DNA from: a virus
Taxonomy: Duplodnaviria; Heunggongvirae; Uroviricota; Caudoviricetes
Virus record (IMG/VR): IMGVR_UViG_3300037321_000115
Strand: one strand, 5' to 3'
DNA: 64,000 nucleotides
Shown: piece after piece, positions 48,127 to 54,845 of the stretch
How the letters are laid out: each line of letters opens with the position of its first letter
Numbering within the stretch: position 1 is the first letter of the stretch
Notes under the pieces: generated by a model
What the model was told of the DNA's origin: nothing
What the model saw: only the letters and a program-made list of their open reading frames with translations
The model's database searches: none
Translations under genes and position numbers: made by a program

Positions 48127-48155
48127 CTTATTTCTCCTTTAGTACATAAGTTATA
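48109..48155. repeat. 47-nt direct repeat, copy B, overlapping the MORN gene start
   Basis: See copy A. Confidence 0.8.
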
Positions 48156-48169
48156 GGACAGTTGTAATA

Positions 48170-48245
48170 TGGGGCCCAAGGTCCGAATCGAACAGACATC
48201 TCCGAGGCTTCAACTCGGCGCTAAGACCACATCAGCTACTTGAGT
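48170..48245 (-). tRNA. tRNA-Phe(GAA)-like gene with encoded CCA. An 8-nt near-duplicate of the 5' acceptor strand lies immediately upstream.
   Basis: Minus sense folds as acceptor 7 bp, D-stem GCUG/UAGC with GG in the loop, anticodon stem CCGAG/CUCGG with loop UUGAAGC, variable loop AGAU, T-stem GUCUG/CGGAC with loop UUCGAUU, discriminator C, CCA. Upstream GCCCAAGU at 48246-48253 also pairs perfectly with the 3' acceptor strand. Confidence 0.5.
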
Positions 48246-48348
48246 ACTTGGGCAATGCTTAGAAGATGTACTGAGTCAGTCCTTTAGCGTCACTAAGCGC
48301 TTAGTGTGGACATAACGAGTTATCACAGTACATCATCAAAGCAATTAC

Positions 48349-48552
48349 TTAAAAGATATAGTATAGCTTTTTACACGAACGAACCAGGGATGCATGTTGT
48401 CTCGTGAGCCAGCTTTGATTTTGGATTTGGTCTTCCATTTCATTCTTTATTTTCTCCTTGTTATTTCGGTCATTCTGTTTGAATACTTCAGCCTGCCACT
48501 TGACATATTCTAGTTCCGAGTGTGGGTGCAGTTTTTTCGTCATGTCAGTCAC
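48349..48552 (-). CDS. Hypothetical protein
   Basis: 67-aa ORF. Confidence 0.3.
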   Translation of the reverse strand: MTDMTKKLHPHSELEYVKWQAEVFKQNDRNNKEKIKNEMEDQIQNQSWLTRQHASLVRSCKKLYYIF

Positions 48553-48554
48553 CT

Positions 48555-48923
48555 TTATTTATTATCAGTTTCCAAATTGGTTATACTGTTTGCGCGCTTT
48601 GTTAGCATATATGCCAATCGAATGTCAAACGAATCCTGGCCATAGTTGTGTGAAATTTTACATGCATCACACATGCCATATCCTGAAGTGTTCAATGGGT
48701 GAAGCTGTCGCCCACAACAATCACACTGGGTAATTACGCATGTCCGTAAAGTTCGTGAGGGCTTGAACTTTGTCAGCAGTTCCAGAAGAACGTCTTTTCG
48801 ACCTTGATCATATTCATTCATTTCATTATCAACGAAAATAATAGATCGTGGTGTAATTTCCTTTGGTGCCACATGAAAACTGTTATGCGACGCTGTCCAT
48901 ATATTTGATTGCGGCTTTTTCAC
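48555..48923 (-). CDS. Hypothetical Cys-rich (zinc-ribbon-like) protein. Start uncertain (perhaps the Met at 48821).
   Basis: CDCCGRQ...CDACK cluster. The 5' end overlaps a 48-aa upstream ORF. Confidence 0.35.
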   Translation of the reverse strand: MKKPQSNIWTASHNSFHVAPKEITPRSIIFVDNEMNEYDQGRKDVLLELLTKFKPSRTLRTCVITQCDCCGRQLHPLNTSGYGMCDACKISHNYGQDSFDIRLAYMLTKRANSITNLETDNK

Positions 48924-49056
48924 TCTTGTAGGTTTTCCAGCAATCTCCGTTGTTGTCTATAACGAAATATGTTGAGGACTGGTTAAACTCAACTCTGAAA
49001 TCTTTGTTTGTTGCTAAGATCTTCATGTTACACATTCCTTTGTTGCTGTTAATATA

Positions 49057-49089
49057 ATTTTACAGTCTACAAAGCATGATGTCAACTGT
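49057..49089 (-). promoter_or_regulatory. Sigma70-like early promoter ACAGTTGACA-N17-TAAAAT
   Basis: Minus sense: ACAGTTGACATCATGCTTTGTAGACTGTAAAAT, then a 48-aa ORF starting at 49028. Confidence 0.5.
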
Positions 49090-49142
49090 TATTGTCACGA
49101 AAATAGTCCAAGTAGACACCCACTTGGACTATTAGGTTTTGT

Positions 49143-50642
49143 TTAGAATCGTTCAATTGGTTGTGGATTGTATTCCGATTCTTTCAGACCTGCCCGTGTC
49201 CGAACAGTTTCAAAATCATCGTCAATTAATTGCACACCATTCCGGTACACTGTACGCAGGATATTACCTTTTTCATCTGCAAATTCCTTGGGCAGTGTCC
49301 GGTAACCACATGAACCAACTCCACATTCGTAGATCAGTCCCAGCCGACCTTTCTTGGAAGTCTTGCCAGGATCTGCAATGGGATCTTTGAACACATCATG
49401 CCATACTCCATCTGAATCGCATCTGGCGGAAGCCTTCATGGCATATTTCAGAGCGTCACGGTCTACTTTTTGCAAGAGTCCGCCGCCCATGCCCAGCGCA
49501 ATGTTTTCCACACTGTATCCAGCCTCAATCACATTGTCCAGTAATTGTTTCGTGGTGACCACATCAAGACCATCACCTTGGATGACTTTCACAATGGCGG
49601 ACCCATCTTCACGCTGCGCAAGAACCTTGAATCCCTTGCTGTTTACAGTGTATCCAAACTGCTCTGCCAGAATGTCAAGGATTTCGATTGGCACAGTAAC
49701 GGGATCACCTGAGTCTGGACGTACAACCAGAGTGCCTCCCGATTCAATTACTTGAACCTTGAGTTCATATCCCCAAATGTTTTTGGTTGCATTGTAGATG
49801 TCGTATGAATCGCTGACACAGGCGTAAATTTTACCAGGCGCAGAGAACTGGTCAATCATATTGGCATATGCTTTACCTTCGTTTTCCTTGCCCCAGCTGG
49901 TAATACTACTATGCTCACTTGCCGCGTTTGACCCTGCAACAACAGGTGTAGACACGTCTGTAATATCAGCAGAATAGTAAACATGTGTGCCAATCATGCC
50001 CTCAATTGTGTCACTGCCCCAGAAATTTACAAGGTGACTCATCCCACCAAGAACGGCAGTCTCTGTGGATGACGCACCACGAGCACCAAAGTCATTGAGA
50101 GTGAAATTCAACACAGGCCCCATTAGAATATCAAGTGGGATGTCACTGGTTTTGAACAGTGCCTGTGCAATCATCACCTTCATCTCGCGAGATTTGGTTG
50201 CCACTGTTGAAGGATACCATACCCCACGTAGCAGAGCAGTTTCAACGTATGATGTCAACCATCCCATTCTGGGATCAGTGTTTACAACTTGAACTTGGAT
50301 GTTTCTGGTTGTCATAACAGTACCTTCTGGAACCGCTTCAATCTCCAGTGGCAGATACCCATCAAACTCGTTGACGATGATCTCCCAACCTTCTCGGTTG
50401 AAGGGAGTACCGTACTTTGTAAAAACTGCTTCTGCAAAGTTGATATCGGATTGAGTAATGGGGGTTTGCATATAGTCTTTGATGAATGCTTGTAGACCAA
50501 AGAATACACTGGTGTCAGCGCCGCCGCGCGATTCAATATATGAGCTGATGTATTGTGTGTCAGCTGGGTATTGTAAGAATTGTGAAGTCTTGTATCCATC
50601 GGTACGCATGATGGAAGTAAGCAGGCTTAGAATATTTTTCAT
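49143..50642 (-). CDS. nadV: Nicotinamide phosphoribosyltransferase
   Basis: 499 aa. Full-length NAMPT-like (TDGYKTSQF...GARGASS...DSYD...GDG). Paired with natV as in vibriophage KVP40 and marine T4-like phages. Confidence 0.85.
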   Translation of the reverse strand: MKNILSLLTSIMRTDGYKTSQFLQYPADTQYISSYIESRGGADTSVFFGLQAFIKDYMQTPITQSDINFAEAVFTKYGTPFNREGWEIIVNEFDGYLPLEIEAVPEGTVMTTRNIQVQVVNTDPRMGWLTSYVETALLRGVWYPSTVATKSREMKVMIAQALFKTSDIPLDILMGPVLNFTLNDFGARGASSTETAVLGGMSHLVNFWGSDTIEGMIGTHVYYSADITDVSTPVVAGSNAASEHSSITSWGKENEGKAYANMIDQFSAPGKIYACVSDSYDIYNATKNIWGYELKVQVIESGGTLVVRPDSGDPVTVPIEILDILAEQFGYTVNSKGFKVLAQREDGSAIVKVIQGDGLDVVTTKQLLDNVIEAGYSVENIALGMGGGLLQKVDRDALKYAMKASARCDSDGVWHDVFKDPIADPGKTSKKGRLGLIYECGVGSCGYRTLPKEFADEKGNILRTVYRNGVQLIDDDFETVRTRAGLKESEYNPQPIERF

Positions 50643-50672
50643 TATAGAACTCCTCTAGTTAATGATATTATT

Positions 50673-50705
50673 ATTTATATTATAGTGTGTTGGTTGTCAA
50701 CTGTA
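50673..50705 (-). promoter_or_regulatory. Sigma70-like promoter ACAGTTGACA-N17-TAAATA upstream of nadV. A TATAAATA late-like box is also present.
   Basis: Minus sense: ACAGTTGACAACCAACACACTATAATATAAATA, then GAGGAG RBS and the nadV ATG. Confidence 0.5.
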
Positions 50706-51043
50706 TTCTTTTGTTACATCTTCATAAAGTACATCTTCTGGAAATATAGAACAGTAATGTCTTGGCAATATCGAGTATATTGTTCCCCATCGGCCAGTCC
50801 CGCGTCACATGCCCATTCCATGTAATAGTTAACCAATAATTCTCAATGCAATTCTAACTGTTCGTTTCATTTTATCCCTCATATAATTCAATATACACAC
50901 CACGGTATCTTCCATGGCCAGAATAAAGATTGTCGTTAATTGATTTCATTTCTGCTGAGCTGTCATTTATTGTTTCCTTTTGTTTTCTCGCTCAATATGC
51001 CTCGATCAGATTTTCCATAATTTTTCTCCGTTGTGTGACTTGT

Positions 51044-52063
51044 TTAAATTTTTACAAAGTGTGAAATAACAGAGTAGTGGTCAAACGCCATGATGTCACT
51101 TGACACTTGACTGAGAGGAACCCATTCTGCGTGGACTGCATCATCCGCACCTTTTACTCGGGGCAGTTTCTCATCTGGAAATCCAAGATCAATATAAAAG
51201 GCGTGTGTAACGGTACGACCTCTGGGATCACGGTCAGGGTGATCAAACACTTGAGTTGACTTGATGGAACCTTTAAGAACCTTAGCAGGAAGTTTGATGC
51301 ACGTTTCTTCTCTGAGCTCTTTGATCACGTTTTCCTCAATTGTCTTGTCTTTTTCGAGGTACCCACCTGGCAATGCCCAACAATCTTTGAACGGGAAGTT
51401 GCCACGTTTGATTAGCAACACATGAGCAGATTGCACAATCACTGCATCCGTTGTCACAAAGGTTGGTGCATATGGTGCTGATTCCCATTTCTCGTGGTAT
51501 GCTTTAATCTGCGTATGTTCTTCTTTGAGATCGGGCCACCACGTTCCTTCCAACAATGCCATCGACATGGAGGCCAGCGCCGATCGCGGCATCAAAACAC
51601 CACTCATAAAATATACTCCATTGGAGAATAAATCCGATCGGATATCAGTTGCGTTAATGCCCTGACAATTCTCAACTTCCACATGTTTCCGCCAATTTGG
51701 AAAGATTTTCAAGTAGTATGAACTTGAATCTTTGGAGTGTCCAATCAACCCTGTTCGAGTACCAGTCTTAACCGAATCCACTACATGTTGAACAGCAGAC
51801 ACCCAAGCATTGTCGTCATAAGGATAGTCCCGAACCCCAACCACTCGGACTGGTAGATCAGGATAACATGCAAGCACCATGGCTTCGCGTTCTTCAAATG
51901 TAAATGGGTTTTTTGTGGTTCGTGGTTGGAAGCTAGATCCAATTACCACAACTACTTCATGTGCATTTTTCAATGCAGCGTCGATCACTGCTTGGTGACC
52001 AAGGTGGAATGGTTGCATCCTCATTACCGTTACAAGTGTATCAAATTCTTTAGTCATTACCAA
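51044..52063 (-). CDS. natV: Bifunctional NMN adenylyltransferase / Nudix hydrolase
   Basis: 339 aa. N-terminal nucleotidyltransferase motif MQPFHLGHQ. C-terminal Nudix box GGYLEKDKTIEENVIKELREETCIK. Confidence 0.85.
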   Translation of the reverse strand: MVMTKEFDTLVTVMRMQPFHLGHQAVIDAALKNAHEVVVVIGSSFQPRTTKNPFTFEEREAMVLACYPDLPVRVVGVRDYPYDDNAWVSAVQHVVDSVKTGTRTGLIGHSKDSSSYYLKIFPNWRKHVEVENCQGINATDIRSDLFSNGVYFMSGVLMPRSALASMSMALLEGTWWPDLKEEHTQIKAYHEKWESAPYAPTFVTTDAVIVQSAHVLLIKRGNFPFKDCWALPGGYLEKDKTIEENVIKELREETCIKLPAKVLKGSIKSTQVFDHPDRDPRGRTVTHAFYIDLGFPDEKLPRVKGADDAVHAEWVPLSQVSSDIMAFDHYSVISHFVKI

Positions 52064-52235
52064 AACTCCTTTGGTTAATTAAGTTGTAAATTCTTTCCTT
52101 AGTGTTCGCCACCGATAATATGACGATGTCTCCATTTCTTCCAAGTTCTTTGTTGCCAATAGATCTAGACGCTGGAACTCTTTGAGTCGACCATCATGTA
52201 ACTCATCGAGAAATAGTGATGTGCCTCTATTATCA

Positions 52236-52268
52236 ATTTTAACTTCAACGTCAACCAATGTCAACTGT
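52236..52268 (-). promoter_or_regulatory. Sigma70-like early promoter ACAGTTGACA-N17-TAAAAT about 150 nt upstream of natV
   Basis: Minus sense: ACAGTTGACATTGGTTGACGTTGAAGTTAAAAT. Overlaps the 5' end of tracked ORF 52079-52264, which is therefore probably leader rather than coding. Confidence 0.5.
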
Positions 52269-53015
52269 CTTTTTGTTTTGAGTTTGACCCACTCAAAACC
52301 CCAGGAGTTCTAAAGTAAAGTTTTGCCCTGTTGATGTCCAATGAGAAATTTGACAAGTTTAATTTCTCATTGACAAAGTATTCTTTTGTTTCTGCATCCA
52401 TGAATGCAAGTTTAGACATTGGGTTGTCTTCTATTTATCAGATCCAATTTAGTGACATTTTTCCGTCATGTTCCTTGGACCATTGTTTGGTCCCATCTTC
52501 CCAAAACTCCACTTGGTCATGCATTAATTTCAGATCTGGAATATGGTGGATGTAGTTGATCTGACACCCAGACGATATCAGTCCCAAACGTCTCCTAATC
52601 AATGTGCCAGTTATTTAAGTAAATGTAAACTTTCATGTCATAACACCTTTCATCGTTCCGCCTGACCTGCACCAATCGTTAAATGCGACTACGCTTCCCG
52701 AACAATCTGCTGGAGCATCATTGTGGAAGAACCCAATCCAGTCTTCAATTACACTGCGATTGTGGTGGTCTGCTTTACCGTATGCACCCGCTCAAGTCGT
52801 TGCAAATTACTGCTGACAGGAATCCTCCTGGTGGGATACCATTCTCGATGTAACGCCTGTTCCGTCTTGCATGTGAAAGGGAAGTTTGCTGTAATCAATG
52901 TTCATTAGATTATCCTTTTGAGTTGTATGGACATGCATAATTATTACGATCCTCTACTGTCTTTGACTGATAGAGTCACAATGTAATAGCAGAACACATC
53001 ACGCTCGGCACTCGG

Positions 53016-53363
53016 TCATGACAACACTATACCAAACGGCAACAGACATGCAGCGCAATAGTGGTTGTTGGCTGCGGCTTTGGCTTCGTCTGATGTTGGG
53101 TGGTCGGATATTAGTTGATTGTCCATGAGTCCGAATGTCCATGTCCCTTTGCCTTTTTCGTCGTGTTCATGCTGTACAACCATATCACCTGAAACGAAGG
53201 CTTTATAACATTCGGATTTCTCCCATGCCAGTGGCTTAATCACACTTGACAAAGCCGCGATGATAGCATCTGCTGCATAAAAGTCTTGTGCGTCAGGCCA
53301 TTCAGAGCGGCGCTCGTGTGCGTGAATCAATGCAATCTTATCACGTGTTGTGTCATTACTCAT
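53016..53363 (-). CDS. Hypothetical protein
   Basis: 115-aa ORF. Confidence 0.35.
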   Translation of the reverse strand: MSNDTTRDKIALIHAHERRSEWPDAQDFYAADAIIAALSSVIKPLAWEKSECYKAFVSGDMVVQHEHDEKGKGTWTFGLMDNQLISDHPTSDEAKAAANNHYCAACLLPFGIVLS

Positions 53364-53434
53364 GTGGACGGTGCCTTTCGTGCAGAGGGAGTGAATTACA
53401 TATAGGAAGACTATAGTGAAGTCGTTAGGCCGTG

Positions 53435-53722
53435 TCAGCAGTCTTGTTCTGACAGGTAATCGTGTTCTGTGTAGCCTTCTCGGTCGATCCCATTTCCACA
53501 GCCAACATCAGTTCCATTTTCATCGAAACATGAATAACCATAGCTATCATATCCATCTTCATCATAATTGCCAAACATTGTCTTGGAGTCATAGGTTTGG
53601 TCTGGGTCCTTAATCATTTCAGCGGTCCAAGGAGCACATTCTTGTCCGTAACAATTGTACTTGAACTCGTAACCTTCTGGCCATTTTTTGTAACCTGAAA
53701 CACTATATTTTCCACGACCCAT
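53435..53722 (-). CDS. Hypothetical Cys/Tyr/Gly-rich small protein
   Basis: 95 aa. Behind an AAAGGACAATGACATG RBS. Confidence 0.35.
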   Translation of the reverse strand: MGRGKYSVSGYKKWPEGYEFKYNCYGQECAPWTAEMIKDPDQTYDSKTMFGNYDEDGYDSYGYSCFDENGTDVGCGNGIDREGYTEHDYLSEQDC

Positions 53723-53755
53723 GTCATTGTCCTTTTTGACTTGCTCTATACATTA

Positions 53756-53784
53756 GTTATAGCAGATGGATGGTCAGGTGTCAA
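53756..53784 (-). promoter_or_regulatory. Sigma70-like promoter TTGACA-N17-TATAAC
   Basis: Minus sense: TTGACACCTGACCATCCATCTGCTATAAC, about 35 nt upstream of the ATG at 53722. Confidence 0.45.
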
Positions 53785-53886
53785 CGTGCCCTTTTCGACA
53801 ATTTCAATTGGAACATCTTTCCAGATAATCATCTCATTTCTCCTTGATCTGTCAGCACATTAACTTGGACACTTCAGTGTCAGCCA

Positions 53887-54078
53887 TCATTCCGAAAAAG
53901 TATGCGTGATTAGTGAGTCGTTCTTCTCGCAGATCACAACTGTGACGTCGTATGATTTAACTTTCCTACGCCCAGCCATTTTCTGGAATTCAACCACTGC
54001 TTGGGTTTGTGCAGCATACGAAGTATCCACATAAACTTCGCATTCTTTGTCTTTCCAGAAAGCTTTGTAACCGTTCAT
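53887..54078 (-). CDS. Hypothetical protein
   Basis: 63-aa ORF. Confidence 0.3.
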   Translation of the reverse strand: MNGYKAFWKDKECEVYVDTSYAAQTQAVVEFQKMAGRRKVKSYDVTVVICEKNDSLITHTFSE

Positions 54079-54432
54079 CTCATTGTCCTCTTGTTTGCCT
54101 ATGTCTTAGTTGTACCATTTGCAAAGGCGAAGTCAACCATTAATTTGACAGAACATCAAACAATTTCATGCCTCTTCAAGATCCTCGACCATTTATCATG
54201 GTAGCGGTTGGCTGTTCAATCGACCCAACTATGTTCCGGACAACCAATTGGATGTTGAAGGCCTAAGCACGTGCATTTGTGCCATTTTCTAGGCTCTTCT
54301 GTTTCTTGCTGTATCAAGTGGATAGCAATCTCTTGAGCTTCCAAGAAGCTATCAGCTTCTACAAAATTTCCAGAATTGAAGCGGTAGAACATCTTTTCAA
54401 ACTCCTTTTAAACAGGACAGTGACAGACATTT

Positions 54433-54750
54433 TTATTTTTTCTTTCGCTTTGCACGTAGTTGATTGCGTTTTTTCTTTGATGGGTTCGATACAGGTCTCA
54501 CAAAAGGATCTGGATCTGGGACAACTGACTCCCAGCCCTTGGTGTTTACATTATCGTAAAAGGGTCTGACATGTTCTACATTTTCAGACAAAATAAAGTT
54601 GATGTATTGAGCTAGTTGCTCTGATTTTCCACCTTGTCTGACCATTTTGACAAGCTGTTCAGAAGCCATGATATCTTCATAAGCTATATCTAAGGAATGC
54701 TTTAGATGTTTATTAGACGGCATTGTAATTCTCCTATTTGTCTCATTCAC
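54433..54750 (-). CDS. Hypothetical protein with a Lys/Arg-rich C-terminus
   Basis: 105 aa. RBS AGGAGAA. Confidence 0.4.
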   Translation of the reverse strand: MNETNRRITMPSNKHLKHSLDIAYEDIMASEQLVKMVRQGGKSEQLAQYINFILSENVEHVRPFYDNVNTKGWESVVPDPDPFVRPVSNPSKKKRNQLRAKRKKK

Positions 54751-54797
54751 AATACATGACTACTTAGCTTAATGTCAACGTCGAATTGACAAAACAC

Positions 54798-54845
54798 ATA
54801 AATAGTATAAAAGTATCTTAATAAGATGCATAGAGGATAACCAAG
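54798..54845 (+). promoter_or_regulatory. Late-promoter/leader element, copy 1: ATAAATA box + GTATAAAAG + AGAGGA RBS
   Basis: aaatagtataaaagtatcttaataagatgcatagaggataaccaag. About 42 of 46 positions identical to 58746-58793. Confidence 0.55.

Noticed and set aside
45780-48260. tRNA-like gene plus a compositionally foreign island might indicate an integrated element or prophage junction
   Set aside because: No integrase, recombinase or att-like duplication of the tRNA 3' end is visible. The flanks are ordinary T4-like phage genes, so this is better read as a hypervariable insertion hotspot within a lytic phage genome.
52079-52264. Tracked 61-aa ORF upstream of natV
   Set aside because: Its 5' end is occupied by a near-consensus promoter (52236-52268) and it has no RBS, so it is more likely the natV leader.
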